From Patescibacteria group bacterium (GTDB lineage Bacteria > Patescibacteriota > Patescibacteriia > Patescibacteriales > UBA12075): a stretch of 64,000 nt of DNA. Below, one piece after another: positions 18,833 through 29,430 of the stretch (the stretch's first letter is position 1; the number at the start of each line of letters is the position of its first letter). The position numbers and the translations under genes are program-made. The stretch covers positions 92,565-156,564 of the forward strand of contig JAHILH010000001.1 of the NCBI GenBank assembly GCA_018897195.1, read 5' to 3'. Below the pieces are notes generated by a model. That model worked only from the letters and a program-made list of their open reading frames with translations, was not told where the DNA came from and did not search any database.

Positions 18833-20095
18833 ATGTCAAAAATATATCTAGATCACAGTGCCACAACGCCACTGGATAAACAAGTTTTAGACGCGATGTT
18901 GCCTTATTTTAGCGAAAAGTTTGGTAATGCGTCCTCAATCCACACTTTTGGACAAGAGGCGCTTTTGGGCGTGGACAAGGCGCGGGCGCAGGTAGCAAGT
19001 TTTTTAAACTGTGAGGCTGGGGAAATTATTTTTACATCTGGGGCAACTGAGGCAAATAATTTGGCCATCAAGGGCGTGATGAAAGCCTTGCGAAAACAAA
19101 ATAAAGATAAGAAGATGCACATCATCACTTCGCTAGTGGAGCATGATGCGATCTTGGAGCCAGTCGCGGAGATGCAATATGAGGGCGTGGAAGCATCGCA
19201 TGTTCCGGTCGGATCTAATGGTGTGATCAATTTGGAAAAATTTGAAAAAATGATCAAGGATAATACCGTCTTGGTTTCAATTATGATGGTGAACAGCGAA
19301 GTTGGTGCCATCCAACCGATTCGCGCGATTGGCAAGATTATTCGCAAACTCAATGAAAAGAGATTGAATGATTGGAATAAATTAGCACCAGCAGAACGAG
19401 GTGAAAAACCGCAACCGATTTATTTCCACACTGACGCAACCCAGGGAATTAATTTTTTGAACTGCGACGTTGAGTGGAATTATATTGATATGTTGTCCAT
19501 GTCCGCTCACAAAATTTACGGACCAAAGGGTGTTGGCGTTTTGTATAAACAAAAAGACGTTCCCATGTTAGCATTGCAACGTGGTGGTCATCACGAGGGC
19601 AATCTGCGCAGTGGCACTTTGAACGTGACTGGCATTGTCGGTTTGGGCGAAGCGATTGCCTTATTGGGTGAACGCAAAGAAAAGGGCGAATTAACTGACA
19701 AACAAATTGAAAACAATGCTTATCTGGCTAAATTGCGAAACAGATTAGTTGATGGAATTAAAAAGAATGTCGATGACATTGTTTTAAATACCGACTATGA
19801 AAATTGTACTCCATCTCACGCTCATTTCTCATTTATCGGCGTTGAAGGCGAGTCTGGCTTGATTTCCCTAGACATGGAAGGCATCGCGGTCTCAACTGGC
19901 TCAGCTTGCGCCTCTGGCAGTCTCAAAGCCTCTCACGTGCTAATGGCGATGGGCATTAAAAAAGAAATTTGCCACAATTCTATTCGTTTTACTTTGGGCA
20001 AAAATAACACTGAGGCGGAGATCGATTATGTGATTGAAAAATTGCCAGGACTTATTGAGAGATTGAGAAAAATGAACCCTATTTATAAAAAGTAA
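18833..20095 (+). CDS. iscS: Cysteine desulfurase IscS/NifS
   Basis: YLDHSATTP, FTSGATE, SAHKIYGPKG and STGSAC motifs. Confidence 0.95.
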   Translation: MSKIYLDHSATTPLDKQVLDAMLPYFSEKFGNASSIHTFGQEALLGVDKARAQVASFLNCEAGEIIFTSGATEANNLAIKGVMKALRKQNKDKKMHIITSLVEHDAILEPVAEMQYEGVEASHVPVGSNGVINLEKFEKMIKDNTVLVSIMMVNSEVGAIQPIRAIGKIIRKLNEKRLNDWNKLAPAERGEKPQPIYFHTDATQGINFLNCDVEWNYIDMLSMSAHKIYGPKGVGVLYKQKDVPMLALQRGGHHEGNLRSGTLNVTGIVGLGEAIALLGERKEKGELTDKQIENNAYLAKLRNRLVDGIKKNVDDIVLNTDYENCTPSHAHFSFIGVEGESGLISLDMEGIAVSTGSACASGSLKASHVLMAMGIKKEICHNSIRFTLGKNNTEAEIDYVIEKLPGLIERLRKMNPIYKK

Positions 20096-20108
20096 AAACA
20101 CTATCCCT

Positions 20109-20699
20109 ATGAAAGCAGTAATTTTTGATTTTGATGGAGTGATCCACGATACCTTTGATTTCCATCGCAAAAAACTCGAGGAGTATGCTGGTCTTACATT
20201 GTCTGAGCAGGATTTTCGGGATATTCATAATGGGAATTTTTTTAAAAGCACAGTTGCGGGGATTCAGAATATGAATTGGTTGGGGTATCGGGATTATATT
20301 AATCTGGATATAGCCGCCTTGAAAATAAAAGACAATATTAAAAAAGTTCTTTTGGAGTTGAATAATAGATATGAATTATTTATAGTCACCTCGGGTGGTA
20401 CGAAAAATATCTCCGATTATTTGAAGAATAATAACGTCCTGGACGTTTTTAAGGAAATTTTGGGGTTGGAGGCGAATAAAATGAAGGTTGATAAATTTAA
20501 TTTTATATTTAATCGGTATGCACTAGTGCCAGCTGATTGCATTTTTGTGACTGATACGTTGGGTGATATTTTGGAGGCCAATACTGTTAATTTGAAAACG
20601 ATTGCGATCGATTCTGGATTTCATAACCGGGAAACATTGGAGAGAGGTAATCCATTTAGAATGATTTCTAGTATGGAAGAATTGTCGGATAATATTTAA
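20109..20699 (+). CDS. HAD-family hydrolase
   Basis: FDFDGVI motif I; TDTLGD motif IV. Confidence 0.9.
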   Translation: MKAVIFDFDGVIHDTFDFHRKKLEEYAGLTLSEQDFRDIHNGNFFKSTVAGIQNMNWLGYRDYINLDIAALKIKDNIKKVLLELNNRYELFIVTSGGTKNISDYLKNNNVLDVFKEILGLEANKMKVDKFNFIFNRYALVPADCIFVTDTLGDILEANTVNLKTIAIDSGFHNRETLERGNPFRMISSMEELSDNI

Positions 20700-20721
20700 T
20701 AAAGTAATTAAATAAAATTTT

Positions 20722-21039
20722 ATGACGATACAACAATTAACGGAATTAATAATGTTGCAGGCCAAGGAGAAGGGTTTTGGTGTAAAGCCGGAGGATGTTA
20801 ATGTGGCGGAAAAAATCGCCTTGATTCATTCTGAAGTTTCTGAGGCATATGAAGCTTATCGGCATAAGAATATTGATGGCAAGGATGGTCTTAAGGAAGA
20901 GCTTGGTGATGCAGTACAACGAATATTGCATCTATGCGGTGTTTTAAATATTGATGTCACTGATTCAATTTTGAAAAAGATTGATTATAATAAGGATAGA
21001 AAATGGGATTGGAATGAGATGAATGAAAAGCACGCTTAG
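20722..21039 (+). CDS. MazG-like nucleotide pyrophosphohydrolase
   Basis: ALIHSEVSEA.EA.R and EELGD motifs. Confidence 0.85.
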   Translation: MTIQQLTELIMLQAKEKGFGVKPEDVNVAEKIALIHSEVSEAYEAYRHKNIDGKDGLKEELGDAVQRILHLCGVLNIDVTDSILKKIDYNKDRKWDWNEMNEKHA

Positions 21040-21106
21040 TTTAAAAAGGAAAAAGAAAAAAGGGATTTGATTGCCATTGAATTTAGCACTCTAATCCCTT
21101 TTGTGT

Positions 21107-21373
21107 TTAAAAAATTATATCCTTAATTGCTGTCGTTAAAATTGTTATTCCTAGGGTTCCAATAACAAAGAGGAGTACGCCGATTAGAGCTATTACCACT
21201 TCGCCGATAAGCATTATGACGTGATAGCGGACGAATCCAATTGTTTCTTCAACGATTGCAGCTTCCTCATCGGAGTCATTTGACATGCCGATTTGAACAA
21301 ACCAGACACCAAGAAAGATAAGAATAAAACTAAAGAGCAAAAAACAAATAATCTTGATAATATTTAAATCCAT
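21107..21373 (-). CDS. Small membrane protein, hypothetical
   Basis: Two TM segments; own SD-like site, promoter and terminator. Confidence 0.6.
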   Translation of the reverse strand: MDLNIIKIICFLLFSFILIFLGVWFVQIGMSNDSDEEAAIVEETIGFVRYHVIMLIGEVVIALIGVLLFVIGTLGITILTTAIKDIIF

Positions 21374-21742
21374 TTCCTTACTCCGTGTATAAGTTGGAAG
21401 TTGTTGATATTTGATTATTTATGATAAATTAACAAATTCTTTATCATTTGTCAATAATCATCAATAATTCATCGAGGATAAACAAAAAACGAAGTCCAAG
21501 GATTTCGTTTTTTGTTTGATCTATTCTTTTAAAAAAGAGCGATTTTTCTAGATAATTCTTTGAAAAATTTAATAAAAAAATTTTGGGAAAGGTAATAGTC
21601 GGTATTTGTTTTTGGAAAAAAAGAGACTTCATTTTTTCTTAGATTTGATTGGATATTCATATGTTTAATCTTGATTATTTATTACATTTTTAAGTATACA
21701 TTGGCATGGTTAAGTAGATATTATTTATTTATTAAGCGTGGA

Positions 21743-22261
21743 TTAAATATTTTCTTTTCCAAAGATCATGACGGTGACTAACTGATCAACACCGTTTAAA
21801 TTGACATAGTCAAAGACGACGCCTACTTCGTCGAAATTTGGGTAAAGCATGTTGCGGCGGTGGGTGGGTGAATTTAGCCAGGCTTGGACAAGCTCATTGT
21901 TGTCGTTGTAATTTTTCGCCAGGTTTTCACCGGCGTATTGGTAATTGTAACTTATGTCATTAAGGAAGTTTTTTAAGGATTTATTGCTTGGACTGTAATG
22001 GTCGAAGTAGTGACTGGTCTGCATGTCAGCTATTTTAAATTTTGCTAGCCTTGTTAAGTCAGCACTAAATACTAATGGTTTAAGGCCAAGCTCTTTGCGG
22101 GCGGCATTGTTAATATTGATTATTTCCGCGGTGCTTAAATTTGATTTGATTTGATGAAAATTGTCCATGCCGACCGCCTCTACTAAAAATGGTCCCTGGC
22201 TAACGAAAAAGAAGATTATTAAGGCGATTATGGCTTTTTTATATAATTTAGTTCTTTTCAT
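21743..22261 (-). CDS. CAP/SCP (YkwD-like) domain protein
   Basis: YFDHYSP, GENLA and WLNSPTHRRNML motifs. Confidence 0.92.
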   Translation of the reverse strand: MKRTKLYKKAIIALIIFFFVSQGPFLVEAVGMDNFHQIKSNLSTAEIININNAARKELGLKPLVFSADLTRLAKFKIADMQTSHYFDHYSPSNKSLKNFLNDISYNYQYAGENLAKNYNDNNELVQAWLNSPTHRRNMLYPNFDEVGVVFDYVNLNGVDQLVTVMIFGKENI

Positions 22262-22427
22262 ATGTTTTTGGTTACTTTTAATGTATCGCATCAAGATTAT
22301 TCTTTTATTATAAAATTATTACAAGTAGATTAGAGTATTTTTTATTGTGCCCAAATTACAATTATGTTATACTATGAAAAGTTAATTAAATAATTATTTT
22401 CTACTGCTATGCGCAGTTTTATTTTTT

Positions 22428-22778
22428 ATGTCAAAATTACAAGAAGTATTCGATCGAATACAAAAAACCAAAAAAGAGCAAAAAGAGCTTAAATCCATGT
22501 TTCGTGATTCCTTAGTGAATTCTAAGAGTTATCAAGAGGCGGTTGAAGATTTAAAGGTTTTGCGCGACAAGAAGAAGAAAATTGAGGATGCAATTAAGGA
22601 AGATTTTAATTCAGAATTGGCCAAATTAGATATTTTAAAGTCGGATATTGATAACGATTATATGCTTTTGAGTGATGCGGCCTTAACCAAAATTATGAAG
22701 GGAGAGATGATAGAGGTGGTTGATGAAAAAGATAATAAATATGAGCCTATCTTTAGTGTAAAATTTAAAAAATCTTAA
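22428..22778 (+). CDS. Hypothetical coiled-coil protein
   Basis: 116-aa charged helical ORF with genome-typical composition. Confidence 0.7.
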   Translation: MSKLQEVFDRIQKTKKEQKELKSMFRDSLVNSKSYQEAVEDLKVLRDKKKKIEDAIKEDFNSELAKLDILKSDIDNDYMLLSDAALTKIMKGEMIEVVDEKDNKYEPIFSVKFKKS

Positions 22779-22896
22779 TTCCTTAATAGCTTGATTTTAT
22801 ATTTAAAAAATACTATAATATTAGTAGTATTTTGAATTTATTGATAATTTCGCTTTATTAATTAAAGCTGGATTTATTGGTTAATATTGTAATTCG

Positions 22897-23508
22897 ATGT
22901 CTAAGTGGCAAATTTTAATTTACGGCGTAGCACTATATTTTGTTTTGTCATTTATTGGCAAACGGATTTTTGATATTTTATTTAAGGGTTTTGCCCCTTT
23001 TGTTTCTTCACGTCCTTGGGTAATTAATCAGATGTTGAGTGAGATTAAGAAATTGGGCCTTAAGTGGAATTTTCAGGTTATCTCAATTGGTAGCGGTCGG
23101 TCCGGGTTGTTGTACGCTATAGAAAAAAATTTCCCGAAAGTTGATTGTATTGGTATTGACGATGCTATTTGGCCGATTTTCGTGTCGCGGGTGCAAGTTT
23201 TTTTTCACCGTAGCGCAATCAAAGTTCGGCGTCAAGAATTGCGTCGGATTGATGTTAGCAAGGTCGATTTGATTTACTTAAAGCTTGATTTGGTAAAATT
23301 GCGAGAATTTGAAAAAAAATTTAAATTTGAATGCAAACCTGGAACAGTTGTCATGAGCAATGGTTTTGTTATTCCGAATATGCCCGTCACGAGAGTAATT
23401 GATTTGGAAAGAAAAAAAGGACGTTTTTCTTTTTTTTCTGGTGATACGAAAAAATCAAAAGCAAAGAAAAACAAAGAAGAAAATAAAGTTTTTGTTTATG
23501 TTCTCTAA
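22897..23508 (+). CDS. Membrane-anchored class I SAM methyltransferase-like protein
   Basis: APFVSS, IGSGRSG and E.KPGT.V.SN.F motifs. Confidence 0.7.
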   Translation: MSKWQILIYGVALYFVLSFIGKRIFDILFKGFAPFVSSRPWVINQMLSEIKKLGLKWNFQVISIGSGRSGLLYAIEKNFPKVDCIGIDDAIWPIFVSRVQVFFHRSAIKVRRQELRRIDVSKVDLIYLKLDLVKLREFEKKFKFECKPGTVVMSNGFVIPNMPVTRVIDLERKKGRFSFFSGDTKKSKAKKNKEENKVFVYVL

Positions 23509-24115
23509 TTTGATAATTAGAATTTTTAAAAATAAGTTTTTTCTGGGATTATTATTTTTGTTATTTTTAACTACGGGATGTGGACAACAGGATAAGGATA
23601 TTTATCAAGATAGTTGGAAGGAAGACGTGTTGTTGTCGCAAGAGTGTGGTTTGAGTGGACTAACCTGCTGCTTTAATGAGGAAAGTAAATGCGAACAAGG
23701 CTTGGAGTGTTGTCTTGATCCCAGTGATCAGAGTAAGGGGTATTGCGGTGAAGGTTGTGGCTTCGGGCAGGTGAGTAAATATTGTCGCAAGGACGAGCCG
23801 AGATGTGACGGCACTGCGATCTGTGTAGATAATTACTGCGCTGAATGTGGAGTGACTGGTAATCCGTGCTGCGTTAACAATGGGTGCGCCGATCAAGACA
23901 AGAAAGACGACTCACGCGCTGAATGCCTTGGCAGTATCTGCTCTCTCTGTGGGGGCAGTGGTGAACCTTCATGTCCGAATGGTTTTAAATGTGAACCCGG
24001 CAATTTGGATAATGGTGGCTTTTGTAATAAGTGTGGCGGCCTAACGCAACCTTGTTGTAATAGTGAAAAGTCCTGTAATAAGGGTTTTAAATGTCAGTTA
24101 GGGTTTTGTAGTTAA
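23498..24115 (+). CDS. Cysteine-rich repeat lipoprotein
   Basis: Lipobox-like LTTG-C; 29 Cys in 205 aa; CGxxGxPCC-type repeats. Confidence 0.75.
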   Translation: MFSNLIIRIFKNKFFLGLLFLLFLTTGCGQQDKDIYQDSWKEDVLLSQECGLSGLTCCFNEESKCEQGLECCLDPSDQSKGYCGEGCGFGQVSKYCRKDEPRCDGTAICVDNYCAECGVTGNPCCVNNGCADQDKKDDSRAECLGSICSLCGGSGEPSCPNGFKCEPGNLDNGGFCNKCGGLTQPCCNSEKSCNKGFKCQLGFCS

Positions 24116-24131
24116 TTAATTATATAAATAT

Positions 24132-24359
24132 ATGGAAAATTTATTTAAAAAAATCAATCATAAAATTAATAGTTTGATTTGGTCTTTACTTAGTTCCGGC
24201 ATCCTTTTATTGCTGATGGCAATATTAATTGTCTGGACTGATTTTTTATTAAGGATTATTTTTAGTTTAATTACCTTAATTATTGCTTATATATTTTTAG
24301 TCAGCGCTTACAAGTTGTGGCATTTGAAAAAAGATATCACAAGTCATTTCAAATTTTAA
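24132..24359 (+). CDS. Small two-TM membrane protein
   Basis: 75-aa hydrophobic ORF within the operon. Confidence 0.65.
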   Translation: MENLFKKINHKINSLIWSLLSSGILLLLMAILIVWTDFLLRIIFSLITLIIAYIFLVSAYKLWHLKKDITSHFKF

Positions 24360-24364
24360 AAACA

Positions 24365-26029
24365 ATGTTCAATCCAACCTTATCAAAAAAAACTGACACG
24401 CCGCTAACTCCTAATGATGACTCAAAGAAGCTTTTTCAGGCTATCTATAAAAAGCAAAATAAAAAGGAATCTGGTAGTGACGACGTACAAAAAATTAATG
24501 TCTCCGACTTGGTTTCTAAGATGTCTTTTTACTATGAAAAAATTAGAAACTCAGTTGATTATAAGGAGGATAATTTATTGCGTAAAAACGCGATTGAGCG
24601 AATTTTGAAGCGACATATTGTGATTGAGAATGTGGTTTCACTCAAAGATGTTAATAGTCAAGACGTTTCTCGTCATTTACTTGTGGAATTGATTCGGGCT
24701 GGTTATATGCCCAATAATTCGATTCCAGAAAGCAAGATTGATGAATTCTCGGTGGTAATTGCTAAATATCTGCAATTAAAAAAATATTTCTTAGAATATT
24801 TCCGAGAGAAAAAGATACAAGAGCGTAATGAAATGAGCAATTGGGTTCTTTCTTTGTGTGCGACAGACTTGGAAGAGCGCATTGGTCGTTCTGACGTTGA
24901 TAATGTGTTGGTCGCTTATATGTATGACATTCTAACGGCTGGTGTGAAGTTTGAGAATGGATCTGAGTATGAAAAGGATCGTGATATTCAAATTTATATC
25001 GGTATTCACTCGACGATGATGAAGTATGATCATAGTATGGTCTCGTTCTTGTTGTTCAAATATTTTAATGCTGGCTGGGATAGTGCGACCGATGAGCAGG
25101 TAAAAGAGGTGGCAGTGAATATTTTTTCACTTAAGGCGGCTATTGATGGGCAAATTCATCATCCTATTACCGGACAATTGCGAAAAATAATTAGTCGCTA
25201 TACTGTTTATTTCACTATGCTTATGGATGTCATTGAGGACGATTGCGTTGGTATTTATAATTCTTTCAGTGCTGATCCCAAGGCTTTTCCGCATCATATT
25301 AAGCGCGTGTGCGAAGTTCGTTACAAGGGAACCAAGAAAAAATTATGGCGCGCGGCGATTCGTAGCTTGATCTATGTCTTTATTACCAAATCTATTTTAG
25401 CCTTTGTTCTTGAGGTGCCGGTGACAAAATGGCTAGGCGAGGAGTTGAACACAACATCCTTGATGATTAATATTGCTTTTCCAGTTGCATTGCTCTTTGT
25501 GGTGGTAGCTTTGACTAAGTTGCCGTCAAAGGAGAATTCTGAAAAGATTGTTAGTGGTATAGAGGAAATTGTCTTTATTGAAAAAAAGCGTACTGAGCCA
25601 ATCGTAATGCGTCAACCAATTAAACAAGGTGGTCTTATGAACGCAATTTTTGGCATTATTTATGCGGCAACTTTTTTAACGTCTTTTGGAGCCGTGGTCT
25701 GGGCTTTGCAAAAAATTAACTTTCATTTTGTCAGTATTACTATTTTCTTATTTTTCTTGGCTCTGATTAGTTTCTTTGGTATTAGAATTCGTCGCAATAC
25801 TAGAGAGTTAATCGTGATTCCGCCAAGAGAAAATATTTTGAATTTTATTTTGGACTTCTTCTATGTTCCAGTGATTGCGGTGGGCAAGTGGTTGAGTGAG
25901 AAGTTTTCCCAGGTAAACGTCTTCGTTTTTATTCTTGATTTTATTATTGAAGCTCCGTTTAAGATTTTTGTGGAAATTGCTGAAGAATGGACGAAATATG
26001 TGAAGAATCGAAAGGATGAGATATCTTAA
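24365..26029 (+). CDS. Large membrane protein of unknown function
   Basis: Soluble helical N-terminal domain followed by several TM helices. Confidence 0.75.
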   Translation: MFNPTLSKKTDTPLTPNDDSKKLFQAIYKKQNKKESGSDDVQKINVSDLVSKMSFYYEKIRNSVDYKEDNLLRKNAIERILKRHIVIENVVSLKDVNSQDVSRHLLVELIRAGYMPNNSIPESKIDEFSVVIAKYLQLKKYFLEYFREKKIQERNEMSNWVLSLCATDLEERIGRSDVDNVLVAYMYDILTAGVKFENGSEYEKDRDIQIYIGIHSTMMKYDHSMVSFLLFKYFNAGWDSATDEQVKEVAVNIFSLKAAIDGQIHHPITGQLRKIISRYTVYFTMLMDVIEDDCVGIYNSFSADPKAFPHHIKRVCEVRYKGTKKKLWRAAIRSLIYVFITKSILAFVLEVPVTKWLGEELNTTSLMINIAFPVALLFVVVALTKLPSKENSEKIVSGIEEIVFIEKKRTEPIVMRQPIKQGGLMNAIFGIIYAATFLTSFGAVVWALQKINFHFVSITIFLFFLALISFFGIRIRRNTRELIVIPPRENILNFILDFFYVPVIAVGKWLSEKFSQVNVFVFILDFIIEAPFKIFVEIAEEWTKYVKNRKDEIS

Positions 26030-26038
26030 TTTGTCTTC

Positions 26039-26208
26039 CGTCATCCCCGCGAAGGCGGGGATCCAGGCGCCACAAATTTTGGATATATAATTATAGAGAC
26101 TTTTTTTAAAAAAATATTAATAACAATAAATACTTCATATATTTTAACTCTCCTTAAATGGAAAACAATATACGAGGTACCTGGATTCCCGCCTTCGCGG
26201 GAATGACG
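26039..26208 (+). mobile_element. CGTC/dRS3-like hairpin-doublet element, copy 3 (170 bp)
   Basis: CGTCATCCCCGCGAAGGCGGGGATCCAGG...CCTGGATTCCCGCCTTCGCGGGAATGACG. Confidence 0.85.
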
Positions 26209-26222
26209 AGGAAATAAATACA

Positions 26223-26984
26223 ATGAATACTTTATATATTGTCGGTACGCCGATAGGTAATTTAGAAGATATTAGTATGCGAGCTCTCCGTATTCTAGGA
26301 GAGGTTGATTTTGTGCTGTGCGAGGACACACGCGTGACTGGAGTTTTGTTGCATCGCTATGACATTAAGACGAAGATGATCTCTTATCATCAGCATTCGG
26401 ATGAGAATAAAAATAAGCAGATTTTAAAATTATTGGCTGACGGCAAAAATCTCGCTCTTGTTACTGATGCTGGGACACCTGGCATCTCTGATCCAGGTGG
26501 CCGCTTGGTCCAAGATGTAATTGAGAAATTTGGCAGCGATGATGGTGTGAAAATAGAATCTGTGCCTGGTCCATCAGCGGTAACGGCGGCCTTATCTATT
26601 TCAGGAATTGCCACCGACAAATTTATTTTTTTAGGTTTTTTACCACACAAAAAAGGTCGTCAAACTTTCTTGGATCGGATTCCCGAAACCCATGACCCGA
26701 TTGTGATTTATGAATCTAAGCATCGAATTATTAAACTACTTCAAGAATTAATTGAGGTTAATAAAAAAAGTGAAGAGTACAATCTTAAGTTGGAAGAAAT
26801 GGATCCCTATCAAAAGAAGAAACAGGGCCTAGAGAGAAAAAGGCAAGTGACTTCAGTAGTTGTTTGCCGTGAATTATCCAAGATGCACGAAACTGTTTAT
26901 CGTGGTGATTTGGAAACTATTATTAAGAGAATTGAAGAAAATAAAGACGATCAAAAAGGAGAATTTGTTGTTATTATCGCTTAA
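26223..26984 (+). CDS. rsmI: 16S rRNA Cm1402 2'-O-methyltransferase RsmI
   Basis: GTPIGNLEDI, CEDTR, DAGTPGISDPG and RELSKMHE motifs. Confidence 0.96.
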   Translation: MNTLYIVGTPIGNLEDISMRALRILGEVDFVLCEDTRVTGVLLHRYDIKTKMISYHQHSDENKNKQILKLLADGKNLALVTDAGTPGISDPGGRLVQDVIEKFGSDDGVKIESVPGPSAVTAALSISGIATDKFIFLGFLPHKKGRQTFLDRIPETHDPIVIYESKHRIIKLLQELIEVNKKSEEYNLKLEEMDPYQKKKQGLERKRQVTSVVVCRELSKMHETVYRGDLETIIKRIEENKDDQKGEFVVIIA

Positions 26985-26989
26985 ATATT

Positions 26990-28408
26990 ATGAAAAATAA
27001 ATTTTATATTACAACCCCGATATATTACGTGAATGCCCAGCCACATATTGGACATACCTATACGACTGTGGCCGCAGACGTTTTAGCGCGTCATCATCGC
27101 TTAATTGGTGATGAGGTTTTCTTTTTGACTGGAACGGATGAACATGGAGCCAAGATTCAACAGAAGGCGGATGTCGCTGGTAAGGATCCTAAGTTTTTTG
27201 TCGATGAGATTGTGGCGTCTTACCACAAGGCCTGGAAAGAATTAAGTATTTCCAATGATAAGTTTATTCGCACTACTGATGAGAATCATAAATTAGCCGT
27301 ACAAAATGCTTTGCAAAAAATGTATGACAAGGGTGATATTTATTTGGATAAATATGAAGGCTTGTATTGTACTGGTTGTGAACAATTTAAGAATGAAAAA
27401 GATTTAGTAGGAGGACTTTGTCCGGATCATAATACTGAACCGGAAAAAATGTGTGAAGATACTTATGTTTTTAAAATGAGCAAGTATTCGGATAGGTTGT
27501 TGCAAAAAATAAAAAGCGATGAATATAAAATAATTCCAGTTGAGCGTAAGCATGAAATTGTAAATTTTTATGAAAAAGAGGGTCTTAATGACATTTCTTT
27601 TTCACGAAAAAATGTAAAATGGGGCATTCCCTTGCCCTGGGATACATCTCATACAGCTTACGTTTGGTCTGATGCTTTTTTGAATTATTTAACCGGATTG
27701 GGTTGGGATGGTGTCGACGGAGCCCCGGATATGTTCCCACCAGAAGTACAATTAATGAGTAAAGATATTTTACGCGTGCATACAACGATTTGGCCAGCAA
27801 TGCTTCTGTCGCTTGACATGCCTTTGCCAAAACAGCTTTTTGTACACGGCTTTTTCTTGGTAGATGGGCAAAAAATGAGTAAATCAATTGGGAATGTAAT
27901 TGGGCCATCTGAACTGATAGCAAAATATGGAGTTGATGCGTCACGATATTTGATAATGAGCTCAATAGCAATGGGGCGAGATGGTGATATTGGTTGGGAA
28001 AAATTTGATGATAAGTTTAATGCTGATTTAGCGAACGGTCTTGGCAATCTCGTGGCGCGGGTATCAAACATGTTGGAGAAGGGCGAGGTGGAAGTGGCGA
28101 TAGTGGCGAATTCTGATCAAGAACTAATTGATAAATTCAATGTTAATATTGATAATTTCTTGTTCAATGAAACTTTGTTACTCTTGTGGGATAAGGTGAG
28201 AGAGAGTGATGAATATATTAGCAAGACAACGCCGTGGAAGATAAAAGAAAAGGATGAGCTAAAGAAGGTTTTGGAACCTGTGGCGCAAAATATTTTGAAT
28301 ATTGCGGAATTATTACAGCCTTTTATGCCCGAGACGGCGAGTAAGATAATTGCTCAATTTAGCGAGAAGCAAATTAAGAAGGGTGAGGCATTATTTCCGC
28401 GACTTTAA
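26990..28408 (+). CDS. metG: Methionine--tRNA ligase (short form)
   Basis: HIGH, GTDEHG and KMSKS motifs. Confidence 0.96.
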   Translation: MKNKFYITTPIYYVNAQPHIGHTYTTVAADVLARHHRLIGDEVFFLTGTDEHGAKIQQKADVAGKDPKFFVDEIVASYHKAWKELSISNDKFIRTTDENHKLAVQNALQKMYDKGDIYLDKYEGLYCTGCEQFKNEKDLVGGLCPDHNTEPEKMCEDTYVFKMSKYSDRLLQKIKSDEYKIIPVERKHEIVNFYEKEGLNDISFSRKNVKWGIPLPWDTSHTAYVWSDAFLNYLTGLGWDGVDGAPDMFPPEVQLMSKDILRVHTTIWPAMLLSLDMPLPKQLFVHGFFLVDGQKMSKSIGNVIGPSELIAKYGVDASRYLIMSSIAMGRDGDIGWEKFDDKFNADLANGLGNLVARVSNMLEKGEVEVAIVANSDQELIDKFNVNIDNFLFNETLLLLWDKVRESDEYISKTTPWKIKEKDELKKVLEPVAQNILNIAELLQPFMPETASKIIAQFSEKQIKKGEALFPRL

Positions 28409-28424
28409 ATGTAAAATTTATCTT

Positions 28425-28452
28425 AAAAAGACAAGATTTTCTTGTCTTTTTT
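28425..28452 (+). terminator. Intrinsic terminator after metG
   Basis: AAAAAGACAAGA/TCTTGTCTTTTT. Confidence 0.75.
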
Positions 28453-28641
28453 GTTTTTTAGGATGTAATCTTAGCAAAGTTGACATATGACCGTAAATAT
28501 GCTAATATTGGCTGTATTGTTGTATTGGATTTTTGTATTGTTAAATATATTTAAGTTTGAATCTGTTAGTTCTTTTTATTATTTTAGTGATATGGTGTCA
28601 TTAAAATTTATGTAGGTGTAAAACATTTTGGAGGGTTCAAT

Positions 28642-29307
28642 ATGGTGACGTGTGAAGGTGATATGGTCGCAGTTTCTCGCGAGATCTTTGCTGAGGCGGT
28701 TCAACTTGCCACTAATTTATTGTGTAATTACTGGAAGAGCAAAAAACGATTTGCCGAGGTTGTTATTCAAGTTCAGAATGAGATTGGTGATAAGTATGAA
28801 GACGTTCTGACAGTTGGGCAGATAGAAAATTTGGAAGAGGCGGTTATTTTCGCCAGACAAACGCATTGTGATTTTATCGCTGATCAAGTGAAAAAGTTGA
28901 AGTATGTCAAAAATGAAATCAGGCGCCTAACTCCCGGTTTGAAACTTCCTAGTTCAAAGGTTTTTTTGCCAGGATCAATCCATTTTGAAGATGGAGAAGT
29001 GGTCAACGAACAATTGTTGAGGCGAGCTCTGAAAGAAGTTTTGGAAGAGCGCGTTGAAATTTTTAATGATTTTCTGAACGACAAGAAAAGGTTTGAAAAT
29101 TTTGTCAGAAAAGAGGTCAGGATTGATTATCCTGGGGATACATTTCTTGATCCAAATTTCTCGAAAAAACAGCTCGTCTATCAAGGTAGGTGTGTGCCAA
29201 AGGGTCGCGTGACCTACATTGTTCAAAAGCTTATAAATGAACGGAAAAGGATGCGTAAGGGCAAGGAATTACTTTGTAGCGAGCGCGTTTTTGATCTTGC
29301 GTCATAA
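28642..29307 (+). CDS. Hypothetical protein (stand-alone, SD-led)
   Basis: GGAGG SD; own promoter (TTGACA 28480) and terminator (about 29350-29385). Confidence 0.7.
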   Translation: MVTCEGDMVAVSREIFAEAVQLATNLLCNYWKSKKRFAEVVIQVQNEIGDKYEDVLTVGQIENLEEAVIFARQTHCDFIADQVKKLKYVKNEIRRLTPGLKLPSSKVFLPGSIHFEDGEVVNEQLLRRALKEVLEERVEIFNDFLNDKKRFENFVRKEVRIDYPGDTFLDPNFSKKQLVYQGRCVPKGRVTYIVQKLINERKRMRKGKELLCSERVFDLAS

Positions 29308-29430
29308 GCCTTGATCGTTTATGAAAAACATCTGATAGTGTTATTGCCAATGGCGTTGTTCAAAATAGAACAGCGCCATTTTTTTGGTATAATAAAAAAA
29401 ATAACGCTAAAATTAGCGTTATTTTAATTG

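Noticed and set aside
21083..21091. CIRCE half-site TTAGCACTC
   Set aside because: There is no second arm, and it lies within a terminator hairpin.
21444..21632. 62-aa minus-strand ORF
   Set aside because: It is low-complexity AT-rich sequence that runs through a long terminator-like inverted repeat (about 21480-21518) and a promoter.
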